From assembly GCA_050298055.1 (NCBI GenBank), contig JBNKTL010000015.1:26432-90431 (forward strand): a stretch of DNA of 64,000 bases, read 5' to 3'. The stretch's first letter is position 1. Every line of letters starts with the position of its first letter. A program made the translations under genes and the position numbers. Below the pieces are notes generated by a model, which did no database searches, was not told where the DNA came from, and worked only from the letters and a program-made list of their open reading frames with translations. This DNA comes from Spirochaetota bacterium. Lineage in GTDB: Bacteria; Spirochaetota; UBA4802; UBA5550. This document shows, piece after piece, positions 49,301 through 57,836 of this stretch.

Positions 49301-49710
49301 TTGAAGATAAGATTGAGAAAGCGTATTTCAGTTCCGCGCAAGAAAGGAGGGGCAACGCCAGGGCGGTAAGGGGATTCACGATTAAAGCAAAAAGAACGGT
49401 AAAACCGAGGCCCTGGCTTCTCCAAAGGGAGCGATTTATTTATAATGATCTTTCCCGGCGTTCAGGGGCCATTGTCTTTTCTTCCAGTAAAGGGGGAGAA
49501 TTTTCCTATGAAGGAGGCTCTGTTAATAACGGTTATTTCACCGCGGAGATCATTAACTGTTTAACCGGGAGCAGGAAGAAGATTATATCAATGGAATATC
49601 TTCGCGAGTTTGTCGGGGGGGCGGTTTCAAAGAGATCGGGGGGAATGCAGAACCCCACTGTGGACAGGGACAATCTTTATCTTGATTTTTCCCTCCCCGG
49701 AGTGCGTTGA
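46378..49710 (+). CDS. Exported WD40-repeat protein with C-terminal caspase-like (C14) peptidase
   Basis: Signal peptide, many GH...FSPDG...WD repeats, FIAGHG and MDTCESG catalytic dyad, QNP. Confidence 0.88.
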   Translation: MRKKLVVLITCAVWVILNSEKISGASGFELVVQNGHSGGIKSLAYSRDGKFIATGSADHRIFIWSSKTGSLIRRLSGHKNYVTSVDFSPRGSLLASGSMDGKIILWSPDSDVPVKTINTGFGATGKVLFSPDGKYLAYGKKEISLLESKSGKKKMTIQNPHPGFIRVGAFSPHGRYLAALTGKNRIDIFDIENQKEVKSLSGHTGLVQAVAWSPDGKMLASGSLDGTVRIWDINSGRGRKINPGNVFALGFSPDGKKIAAGVSKNYRYSLIVISALTGRILYTRDTGGDLVTSLSFSPHGKQIASGSSEKKLTLWDSGSGHILKTMSGRADTVYNVEFTRQGRYFLSSSWNRISIWDRETACETGSLSGHPNFGVGWFALSGKGDLLLSGGRDKILSIYEVPSGKALKRIKINKIIAGISASPDGRNAAVILEDGMVQIYSLPGGRRVKLIKTGMPASTGEGFRLAFSPLKSLFAVATSYEPVRIFNYRSGKMIGELKTPDMGTWITKKSRFGLSRTMERPAGYRGLSPGAEKIVFSPDGKYLAAGSNDMTVKLWDVSSGKLVRVMRGHRKTVSALAYSPAGDMIASSTYNGRIFLWDPGSGKLQGKLKGHSSMVRNLSFSPDGNAIISGSNDGTVKYWNRESENEVCTFASFGSGRDWIVYTGDGYFDSSRKGGKYLGIRKGREVFSIDQFALQRNRPDIILQRMGTGKNEIREHLKHRYMRRLKRAGFSSGASGELHVPGAKIISGRREGKFFHIKFSLEDSKYDLKSYNVFVNNVPLFGARGKSLDDDSVTVNEKIELTHGTNKIEISCINEKGAESYRAMTISEYAVKSPGDLYFLGFGVSEYRNTALNLKYAHKDSLDLKKIFERMAGGRSYGKVYTRVFTNEQVTPEAIRNAGSFIKNAKPDDTFILFIAGHGLHDTDPAATYYYLTFNADISNLAGTCASFEEIEGLLQGIAPRKKLFLMDTCESGEVEDKIEKAYFSSAQERRGNARAVRGFTIKAKRTVKPRPWLLQRERFIYNDLSRRSGAIVFSSSKGGEFSYEGGSVNNGYFTAEIINCLTGSRKKIISMEYLREFVGGAVSKRSGGMQNPTVDRDNLYLDFSLPGVR

Positions 49711-49800
49711 TTTTATCATAAATAAACAGAGAGAAAAATATCTTGAGAGCAGTTGAACACGCATGAACAGGTATAGTTATTATCGATTATCTCCAATAAG

Positions 49801-50769
49801 ATGGTTTTTTTTTGTTTTCTTATAACTTCAATTAACGGAACAGATCTTACCGCGGAAACCATGCGGATCAATTACCGCCGGGAGATGCGTTCTTTCATTG
49901 AGCATATCAGCAGGAGTGCCAGAAGAGAACGTCCCGGATTTATCATCATTCCCCAGAACGGACTTGAACTTCTTACGGAAAACGGAAAGCCGGGAGGGAC
50001 CCCGGTAATCTTATATCTTGATGCCATTGACGGTGTGGGATGTGAAGAACTTTTCTACGGGCACAGGGGAGACGGCAGGGTCACGTCTTTGGATACAAGG
50101 AATTACTTCTTAAGTTATCTGCTGAGATATAAAAAAATGAAGAAAGCTGTTCTTGCCATAGACTATGTTAAAAACAGTTCCCAGGCCGGGATCTCTTTTA
50201 AGCTGTCAAAGAGATATGGGTTTATCTCTTTTCCGGGTGAGAGGTCCCTGCGGATGGTCCCCCGTAAAGCATACGGGTTGAGCAGAAAGAACATTGTCCG
50301 GCTCCGGGAGGCCGGTAATTTTCTCTACCTGATCAATTATTCGGGGTTCAGGTCTCCTGATCACCTGCTTTCGAAACTTAAAACAACCGGTTATGACCTG
50401 CTCATTCTTGACGCGTTTTTCTGGGAAAAACTTCTTACAAAAGAGCAGGTCAACGCACTGAAAAAGAAACCGGGTGGGGGTAGGAGGCTGGTTCTCTCAT
50501 ACCTCTCTATCGGGGAAGCGGAGGATTACCGGTACTACTGGAAGAACGGCTGGAAGAAAAAACCTCCTCCCTTTCTTACGAGAGAGAACCCGGAGTGGAA
50601 AGGGAATTACAAGGTACGGTACTGGATGGATGAGTGGAAGGAGATCATCTCGGGGAGAGAGGACAGCACCGGTTTTGCCGGAAGCTACCTGAAGAAGATA
50701 CTGGATGCAGGCTTTGACGGTGTGTACCTGGATATTATTGACGCGGCAATGTATTTTGAGGGACGGTAA
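49801..50769 (+). CDS. GH114/TM1410-like endo-alpha-1,4-polygalactosaminidase family protein
   Basis: FIIIPQNG, SYLSIGEAEDYRYYW, ENPEWKGNY, AGFDGVYLD. Confidence 0.82.
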   Translation: MVFFCFLITSINGTDLTAETMRINYRREMRSFIEHISRSARRERPGFIIIPQNGLELLTENGKPGGTPVILYLDAIDGVGCEELFYGHRGDGRVTSLDTRNYFLSYLLRYKKMKKAVLAIDYVKNSSQAGISFKLSKRYGFISFPGERSLRMVPRKAYGLSRKNIVRLREAGNFLYLINYSGFRSPDHLLSKLKTTGYDLLILDAFFWEKLLTKEQVNALKKKPGGGRRLVLSYLSIGEAEDYRYYWKNGWKKKPPPFLTRENPEWKGNYKVRYWMDEWKEIISGREDSTGFAGSYLKKILDAGFDGVYLDIIDAAMYFEGR

Positions 50770-50877
50770 AGGAGAAGTTCCGAGTTTTGTGTTCCGAGTT
50801 CCAAGTTGAAGATTCTTTGCGACTTTAGCTCCCGGGTGGGCCCAAAACTCTTCCTTTCCATAAAAGAAAAATTAATC

Positions 50878-50906
50878 TTGATGTTTCCCGGTAGTACGTA
50901 TATATT
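50878..50906 (+). promoter_or_regulatory. sigma70-type promoter
   Basis: TTGATG-17 nt-TATATT upstream of the small ORF at 50933. Confidence 0.5.
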
Positions 50907-50932
50907 AGGGAAAATAGATACGAGGAGGGATT

Positions 50933-51037
50933 ATGGATTTAAATCTGGTGAGATTGATCTTAGGTATTCTCGTCATGGGGGGCTTGCTTTTACTTGCCAT
51001 ATTGACTGACATGTCATTTATGTGCGCATCAATCTGA
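50933..51037 (+). CDS. Small hydrophobic membrane peptide (34 aa)
   Basis: GAGGAGG RBS; MDLNLVRLILGILVMGGLLLLAILTDMSFMCASI. Confidence 0.6.
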   Translation: MDLNLVRLILGILVMGGLLLLAILTDMSFMCASI

Positions 51038-51076
51038 CAGGGGATCTTTTGTACCTGAGAGGCAGCCTCACTCCTC

Positions 51077-51664
51077 CTAATGGAGCTGTTCCTCAACCTT
51101 CTTATAGAGGGCATAGAGTTCAAACTTGGAGTGGGTCCCGGTCTTTTTGTAGATATTCAGGATGTGGTTCTTGGCTGTTCCCGATGAGATAGAAAGCCGT
51201 TTGCCGATATCCTTGGTAGGTGTCCCTTTTAACAGGAGTATGAGGATCTCAGTCTCTTTTTTTGTGAGATTAAAATTCTTAATAAATGTTCCCCTTTCAT
51301 CCGAGGTGTTTTCAATTATAGTTTTCGTATAGTGGGCGTCATCTTCCGGTTCCGAGCTGTGAATTTTAAATTCAAACTCTCCGAAGGAAATAGTAAAGTT
51401 ATTTTCAAGCCGGGTCTGTTTATCAATTTTTTCATTATTCACCAGGGTGCCGTTTGTGCTGTCCAGGTCGATAATATATATTTCTCCCTTCTCAACCAGA
51501 AACCTTGCATGTTTTCTGCTGATATTCACCGAATTAAGGCAGAGATGACATCCCGTATTTCTGCCCACGATAAAGGGGAACCTGTCCAGGGGAATAAACC
51601 ATGATCTGCCGTCGGGCATGATTCCCTCAAGATGCCAAAAAAAGTATTCGTCTAATAAACCCAT
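51077..51664 (-). CDS. FHA plus LuxR-HTH transcriptional regulator
   Basis: VGR...ISRKHARF...DLDSTNGTLVN; LTKKETEIL...TKDIGKRLSISSGTAKNHILNIYKK. Confidence 0.88.
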   Translation of the reverse strand: MGLLDEYFFWHLEGIMPDGRSWFIPLDRFPFIVGRNTGCHLCLNSVNISRKHARFLVEKGEIYIIDLDSTNGTLVNNEKIDKQTRLENNFTISFGEFEFKIHSSEPEDDAHYTKTIIENTSDERGTFIKNFNLTKKETEILILLLKGTPTKDIGKRLSISSGTAKNHILNIYKKTGTHSKFELYALYKKVEEQLH

Positions 51665-51843
51665 ACACTACTGATCCCGGAAACCGGGTTATTTTTCAAT
51701 CAATTTTTTCACTTCGGACGTGAATTAAATTCCGGGAAAATTTCCTCTAATCAAAAAAAGTTTTAATGAATCCGGTTCCATAATCGTATTAATAGCGAGG
51801 AATAATCGTAATCCTGATCAAATTTACCTGGAGGTTAAAGATT

Positions 51844-52311
51844 ATGAGGACCACTATCAATATTGACGAGGAACTTCTTGAAAAACTGGAAGAGGCCGCG
51901 GATGCACTCCGTCTCTCTAATAATGAAATGATCTCACTTCTTCTTGCACGGATTATCAGGAAAAAAGAGTTTAAACCCAGGCCTTATGAAAGAGTCACAT
52001 ACCAGAAAAGGAATAAGGACGTTGTCGTCTGGGAAAAAGAGCATATTAACATCGATTCTGTTTTCTATGAGAAGTACCTGGATTTAAGAAGGAATTTTAA
52101 GTTTTCCGTTTCCTGGTTTATTGCTTTTGCTATTAGGAATTATCTTGATGAACTTGTTTATGATCTGAGTAATCCCAGGAATCATGAAAAGATACTGGAT
52201 AACTATGAACGAAATTTTATGTATATTACACGAATGCTGGGTACAGTTCCTCTTTTTATCTCCATTCTTGGGTTTCCGGAACTAAAACACCTGGAAAGAC
52301 TCATGCTCTAA
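51844..52311 (+). CDS. Ribbon-helix-helix-like DNA-binding protein
   Basis: MRTTINIDEELLEKL N-terminus; LDLRRNFKFSVSWFIAFAI; GGAGG RBS. Confidence 0.55.
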   Translation: MRTTINIDEELLEKLEEAADALRLSNNEMISLLLARIIRKKEFKPRPYERVTYQKRNKDVVVWEKEHINIDSVFYEKYLDLRRNFKFSVSWFIAFAIRNYLDELVYDLSNPRNHEKILDNYERNFMYITRMLGTVPLFISILGFPELKHLERLML

Positions 52312-52519
52312 CCAAAATTCCAGCCTAAAAACCAAAAAACTTCCCCAAACACAATACCGGTTTTATCCCGGAATTTCAATCACGTTCCTCACTTCATTTG
52401 TGCCGGACCGGAAATTACCACATGAAAAAAATTAAAACTTTTCCCTCAACCATACCAAATGGCATATTTTCTTAATCCTCAAATTGCATATATTGAGAGC
52501 AATATGCAAGGAGTGAGAT

Positions 52520-53365
52520 ATGGAAAATAAAATGACTATTCCCAAAAACGTAGAGAGCCATCTGGATGGACTTCTTTCGGTGATGGAAAATACCGATGTT
52601 ACCCTGGATGACCTGGAATCCGTCTGGATTGAAAAAGAGCTTCTGTTCGAGAAACAGACAAAGTCCCTGGATATGAGAGAGGTTGAAGAATTTAAAGCTG
52701 ATGACCCCGGGGGAGCAATAGTGCTTACTTTTTCAGGATCCCTTATATCCCTCTACAGCACCCGGGACAAGAGAAGAAGGGTGGAATACGCATCCATTAA
52801 AATGAGAAGCGATGTTCCGGACATTGTGACGTCGGAATGTGCGGAATTAAAGGAAAGGATCACTCTCAATAATCCTGCGGCATTTACCGGGGGAGAAGTA
52901 AAAAAAACATCATCTGTGTATAAAATATTAACCTTCGAGGACGACGTCCCCTCTTCCGAACAGGACAAGAGAATCCGCGAAGCAACGATTTTTCTCACCA
53001 ACGGTTTTGTGCGGATCAACAGGACCTTATCCGTGCTTCCTGAAAATTCACCGGACCAGTTTGATATGAGATCGATGGTTCGATATATAGCGGGAAAGAA
53101 CAATCTCTCCCAGAAGCAGGTGAAGGACCTGCTGGAGGATTACCTCTCGGTTCTGAAAACGGGGCTGATCCTTTCGGGAAGAGTCTCCCTGGGCAGCATA
53201 GGCAACCTCTACCTTAAATTACAGAACGCCAGGGGAGCCAGGGTCATGAAAGTTCCGGGGAAAGAGGAAGAAATTACGGTAGGAGCAAAGCCTCAAATGT
53301 TTGTTCCGAAGATCTCATTCAGCAGCAGGCTGAAAGAGGATGTTTCCGGGATTGAAATCAAATAA
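52520..53365 (+). CDS. Unknown N-terminal domain fused to an HU/IHF-like DNA-binding domain
   Basis: C-terminal MVRYIAGKNNLSQKQVKDLL...VSLGSIGNL...ARGAR...PGKEEEITVGAK...PKISFSSRLKE; N-terminal part paralogous to the next gene. Confidence 0.75.
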   Translation: MENKMTIPKNVESHLDGLLSVMENTDVTLDDLESVWIEKELLFEKQTKSLDMREVEEFKADDPGGAIVLTFSGSLISLYSTRDKRRRVEYASIKMRSDVPDIVTSECAELKERITLNNPAAFTGGEVKKTSSVYKILTFEDDVPSSEQDKRIREATIFLTNGFVRINRTLSVLPENSPDQFDMRSMVRYIAGKNNLSQKQVKDLLEDYLSVLKTGLILSGRVSLGSIGNLYLKLQNARGARVMKVPGKEEEITVGAKPQMFVPKISFSSRLKEDVSGIEIK

Positions 53366-53386
53366 TAATTTATTAAGGAGAAAAAA

Positions 53387-53923
53387 ATGAGTGCATATTT
53401 TGAAATGATCCCTTCCGGGGTCAAAGAACAGATCAGGGAGATCACAAAATCCTCGGGTTTCGATGACAGTGATGAAGCCCTGGAAATGATGGCCGAAGCA
53501 TGGATCGAAAAGCAGAAGATCTTTGCGGAAAAGATACATAAATATGGCATGTCCGAAGCAGCCTCCTTTGAAAGGGAGGATCCCCGGGGAGCGCTTCTCA
53601 TGACCTATTCCGGTTCACTGGTAAATATTGGCCCCGTGATCGACCAGAGGCGCGAATCTGAATACACAAGTATCGGGCTGAGAAGCGACGTACCCGATTC
53701 AGCCCTCAATGATGATACGGTACTGGCCGATGATGCGGAACTGGATGAAATCCTCAGGTTCGAGAAGGGCCCGGTGAGCAGCACGTCACAAATATTCAAG
53801 ATCGCGATTATGGATAATGAAAATCTCACCCCCGAAGAGACACAGGAGACTCTCAAAGAGCTCAGAACATTGATCACCGATGAATTTGTAGATATAAACA
53901 AGACAATTATAAGCAATGGCTGA
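53387..53923 (+). CDS. Stand-alone paralogue of the unknown domain
   Basis: Shares WIEK, DPxGA, T[FY]SGSL, EYxSI..RSDVPD, TS...KI and FV.IN.T with 52520..53365. Confidence 0.75.
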   Translation: MSAYFEMIPSGVKEQIREITKSSGFDDSDEALEMMAEAWIEKQKIFAEKIHKYGMSEAASFEREDPRGALLMTYSGSLVNIGPVIDQRRESEYTSIGLRSDVPDSALNDDTVLADDAELDEILRFEKGPVSSTSQIFKIAIMDNENLTPEETQETLKELRTLITDEFVDINKTIISNG

Positions 53924-53932
53924 TAAAACGGG

Positions 53933-53970
53933 AAACAGTAACTGCTCTTAGAAAAGGGCAGTTGCTGTTT
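53933..53970 (+). terminator. Intra-operon stem-loop (terminator or RNA-stabilising hairpin)
   Basis: AAACAGTAACTGCTCTT-AGAA-AAGGGCAGTTGCTGTTT, 17-bp stem with G:U pairs. Confidence 0.55.
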
Positions 53971-53978
53971 GTAAGACT

Positions 53979-55010
53979 ATGAATAAAGAAATATCCGCCA
54001 TAAAATTAAAAATTGTGAAAAATTATATTAACAGGAAACTCCCTGATAAAAGTGATTTTATGAATCAATTACACGAAGTAAACTGGGTTCTGGAGAATGA
54101 GGGGCCGGATATCCGTCCTTTGGACAGGAACAGGGAAACAGGGGGGCTTATCTATCTGAAGAAAAATATCCCCGTAATAATCGTCCCGGATCTTCACGGA
54201 AGAGGGGACTTCCTCCTTAGCGTCCTGTTCAGTAAACACAATGGGGAAAAAAGTATTCTGGAACATTTACAGGAAGACCGGATGCAGCTGGTTTGCATCG
54301 GTGACGGGATGCACGCCGAATCACGGGAACTGGAGAGATGGAAGCAGGCTTTCGAAGAGTATAAGACCGATTACCTGAACAATGAACGTATGACCGGGGA
54401 AATGACAGAGAGCTTATTTGTCATGCAGACTGTGATACTCCTGAAAACACATTTTCCCGGGAATTTCCATTATCTCAAGGGAAACCATGACAATATTCTC
54501 AATGAAAACGGTAACGGGAACTATCCATTCGCCAAGTTCTGCTATGAAGGAGAGATGGTTACGCATTTTATGAAAAAATTCTATGGAACGGACTTTCTCC
54601 ATGACTATTCCCGGTTCGAAAAAAATCTTCCCCTGTTGTGCATCGGGGAAAATATTTTGATCTCCCACGCCCGGCCCTCCGCGTTTTTTTCAAAAGATGA
54701 GATAAGAGAATACAGAAGCAATCCCGGCGTTGTTTACGGTCTCACATGGACAGATAACGGGGCTTCACGTCCGGGGAGCGTGAAGCGGATGATTGACACT
54801 TTTATTGAAAATGATTCACAGGGGAACCGATACCATTTTGGAGGTCACCGTCCGGTACAGGGACTGTTTCGTCTTTTCAAGGATGAAAATTATGTGCAAT
54901 TCCATAATCCGGATAAATTTCTCATTGTTTTCATAAAACCGGGGAGAGAAATCTCCCTTGACCGGGACGTTGTTGAATTAAAGAATATTCAGGTTATCAT
55001 CGACCAATAA
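53979..55010 (+). CDS. Calcineurin-like metallophosphoesterase (PPP-like)
   Basis: PDLHG, IGDGMH, KGNHD, SHA, LTWTD, GGH. Confidence 0.8.
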   Translation: MNKEISAIKLKIVKNYINRKLPDKSDFMNQLHEVNWVLENEGPDIRPLDRNRETGGLIYLKKNIPVIIVPDLHGRGDFLLSVLFSKHNGEKSILEHLQEDRMQLVCIGDGMHAESRELERWKQAFEEYKTDYLNNERMTGEMTESLFVMQTVILLKTHFPGNFHYLKGNHDNILNENGNGNYPFAKFCYEGEMVTHFMKKFYGTDFLHDYSRFEKNLPLLCIGENILISHARPSAFFSKDEIREYRSNPGVVYGLTWTDNGASRPGSVKRMIDTFIENDSQGNRYHFGGHRPVQGLFRLFKDENYVQFHNPDKFLIVFIKPGREISLDRDVVELKNIQVIIDQ

Positions 55011-55030
55011 TTATTACCGGAGTCCAGAGA

Positions 55031-56953
55031 ATGAACAGTAAGACGAAAAAAATCGGAAAATACCTCATCAGGGGAATGATAGCGGAAGGGGGAATGGGTA
55101 AAATATATAAGGCAAAGCACCCGACGCTGAAAAACGATGTCATTTTGAAAAAGCTTACCCTCAGCGGCAATTCCTCCATCGCCGACAGGTTTAAGAGGGA
55201 AGCACAGCTCATGCTGGATTTCAGCAATGATAATATCGTCAAGGTCTATGATCACTTCAAAGAGGGGAACTCCTATTATATAGTCATGGAGTATATCGAC
55301 GGTATCAGCCTGGAAAAACTTATTGAGAAAAACAGGTTTCTCCCCGATGAGGTGGCCCTTTTGATCTACCGGGAAACATGCAAAGCTCTTCACTACGCCC
55401 ACATGAAGGGCGTTATCCACAGGGATATAAAACCGGACAACGTTCTCATCTCAAAAAAAGGTGAGGTCAAATTAACCGACTTCGGCATCGCTAGAAGTAA
55501 AAACTATGATGAGGAGGGGCTCACCTCCGCGGGCATGACCCTGGGAACACCTACTTTCATGTCACCGGAACAGATAGACGACTCGTCGAAAGTTGATAAA
55601 AGAACCGATATCTATTCCATGGGTGTTATGCTTTATGTCATGGTTACCGGAAAGAGCCCCTTCCCCTCCAACCTCATACCCCAGACCATCAATGCCATAC
55701 AGAAAGGGAAATATGTAAGACCGGAAAAACACAATCCAAAACTCTCTTCTGTCATTAAGCGCCTTATCAGAAAAAGCATGCACTGCAAAATAAACAGAAG
55801 ATACGCTTCGGTTGAACAACTGGTAAAGGTTTCCGGTAAAAAATTAAAAAAATACAGAACCAACGAGGAAATTAACACCGCCATAAAGGAATACGCCTAT
55901 AAAAAGAAATCAGACGGTTCCAGAAGCAGAAAAGGGAATGTCTTAACCGGTATACTCAGAGGCATATCAGCCATCATAACAGCTTCTCTTATAGCCGGGG
56001 GATTGCTGTTTTACCTTTACCTCAACGGATATCATTACGAGTATCTCTATCCCGGGAAGTACGGGGCAATAAAAATTATCCTGCATTCCCGTAAAAGCTA
56101 TAAACAGCCCGAAGACCTTTATAAAAAGATCGCGATTTATAAAAGAGTCAAAGGGAAGTATGGAAAGGAAACATCCGTTGTCACCGGTTTTAAGATTGAA
56201 GACCGGAAAAATTATTTTCAACTCATAAGCGGTAAACTGTATCTTTCAACGGGAAGATACAGAATAAAAGTTTCTTTTGAAAATCAGCTTTTCCAGAGGG
56301 ATTTTTACCTCTCACCGAGGGTCATTCAAAGAGAGAAGAAGGCAACAGCTGAAGCCGCCCTGATTGAAATATTTAACAGGGAGATGACGAAACTTCCCGT
56401 TGAACTGGATTATTCAATCAGGGACAATGACCGGGATATAACAAAAGAGGCAAAGCTTTACATCAGGTACGGCAAAACATGGCTTTTATGGGACGATTAC
56501 AGAAAGAAAGGGATACCCTTCGTTTCGGGGAATTCCTATTACTTTAAGGCCGTATCCGTTGATTATTATCCCGGTTACGAGAGTGTGTCTCTAGAGCCAA
56601 ACCAGACGTATCTCAACCTTCAGCTTGAACTGAACCCGATCCCCGGTTATATTTTTTTAATGTCATCCGCAACAGATTACAGGTTTTCTATAAACAACAG
56701 CGAATACTATCATGATGAGCAAAACGGAGAAGTATTAAAAAAATATTCTCTCCCGTCAAAACGGTTTGCCCGGTATTCTTTTCCTCCCGGGGATTATCTC
56801 TTGCAGGTGGAACTGGATGAGAACACCGGGAAAGCCGTCCGGATAACCGTCACATCAGGGAGCAGGACCATGATAAAGATCCTCGCTGATCATTCAAAAA
56901 AGACTATTTCATTTTCCCGAAAAATCGGAGGGCGTTATGTCAATATTGATTAG
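55031..56953 (+). CDS. Membrane-anchored Hanks-type Ser/Thr protein kinase
   Basis: EGGMGKIY, HRDIKPDN, DFG, GTPTFMSPE, DIYSMG, then a TM helix and an extracytoplasmic domain without PASTA repeats. Confidence 0.93.
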   Translation: MNSKTKKIGKYLIRGMIAEGGMGKIYKAKHPTLKNDVILKKLTLSGNSSIADRFKREAQLMLDFSNDNIVKVYDHFKEGNSYYIVMEYIDGISLEKLIEKNRFLPDEVALLIYRETCKALHYAHMKGVIHRDIKPDNVLISKKGEVKLTDFGIARSKNYDEEGLTSAGMTLGTPTFMSPEQIDDSSKVDKRTDIYSMGVMLYVMVTGKSPFPSNLIPQTINAIQKGKYVRPEKHNPKLSSVIKRLIRKSMHCKINRRYASVEQLVKVSGKKLKKYRTNEEINTAIKEYAYKKKSDGSRSRKGNVLTGILRGISAIITASLIAGGLLFYLYLNGYHYEYLYPGKYGAIKIILHSRKSYKQPEDLYKKIAIYKRVKGKYGKETSVVTGFKIEDRKNYFQLISGKLYLSTGRYRIKVSFENQLFQRDFYLSPRVIQREKKATAEAALIEIFNREMTKLPVELDYSIRDNDRDITKEAKLYIRYGKTWLLWDDYRKKGIPFVSGNSYYFKAVSVDYYPGYESVSLEPNQTYLNLQLELNPIPGYIFLMSSATDYRFSINNSEYYHDEQNGEVLKKYSLPSKRFARYSFPPGDYLLQVELDENTGKAVRITVTSGSRTMIKILADHSKKTISFSRKIGGRYVNID

Positions 56954-57824
56954 AAGAGTTTACCTGGTCCTCATGGGACTCATAGCCGGAACAGCAGTCT
57001 TGCCGGTCATAGAGATCATCCTGAGCAACCAGGAAAAGATGCGGAGCTATTTCCTTCTCAGCGCAATATCCGGCATGATCTTCGGCTCTTTCATCGGCGC
57101 GTTCTTCGGAACCATCAACGGTATTGTATTGAGAAACAGGAACAGGATGCTCAAAGGGGCCGTAAGCGGAATAGCAGGGGGAGCCTTGGCCGGGATTCTC
57201 GGCTTCCTGGTAAGCCAGGGAGTTCTCTTTATCGTCGGACAGTACCTGCTGCAGAACATGAGAAGCTTTCACAGCATCGGCCTGCCGGTATCCCGGGCCC
57301 TGGGTTGGGCGGTCATGGGCGTTTTTATCGGGACCGTGGAAGGGATCAGGGCCAGGTCTGTTACGAAAGTGAAGATCGGGATACTGGGTGGATTTACGGG
57401 AGGTCTGTCGGGAGGCTTTGCACTGGAGTATCTGGTCTATCTCTGGCCCCACATTGTTTTCGCCAGGTTTGCCGGTCTGCTGATCTTCGGGGCAATGCTG
57501 GGATTTTTCTACGGACTCATGGAAAGCAGAATCTCCTTCGGCAGGCTCACTTTATTGAACGGAAAATATAAGGGAAAGGAATTCATCATCAATCAGAAAT
57601 CCCTGGAGATCGGGAAGAAAAAATCAAATGATATCATACTCAGTGATTACAGGCAGATACAGGACAACCACGCCCGGCTGAAAGTCATAAAGGACGAACT
57701 GTTCATCAAACCCGGCGCTCTCAACGGGAAAGTCCTGGTAAACGACATTCAGGTCAACGAACATAAATTGATACGGGATGACGTTATACAGATAGGCAAC
57801 GCGAAATTAATCTACAGGTTTTAA
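56937..57824 (+). CDS. Gly-rich multi-pass membrane protein with C-terminal FHA-like domain
   Basis: About 6 TM helices; GKYKGKEF...IGKK..NDI...NHARL...VND...L..DDVIQIG. Confidence 0.8.
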   Translation: MSILIRRVYLVLMGLIAGTAVLPVIEIILSNQEKMRSYFLLSAISGMIFGSFIGAFFGTINGIVLRNRNRMLKGAVSGIAGGALAGILGFLVSQGVLFIVGQYLLQNMRSFHSIGLPVSRALGWAVMGVFIGTVEGIRARSVTKVKIGILGGFTGGLSGGFALEYLVYLWPHIVFARFAGLLIFGAMLGFFYGLMESRISFGRLTLLNGKYKGKEFIINQKSLEIGKKKSNDIILSDYRQIQDNHARLKVIKDELFIKPGALNGKVLVNDIQVNEHKLIRDDVIQIGNAKLIYRF

Positions 57825-57836
57825 CAGGAGCAAAAA

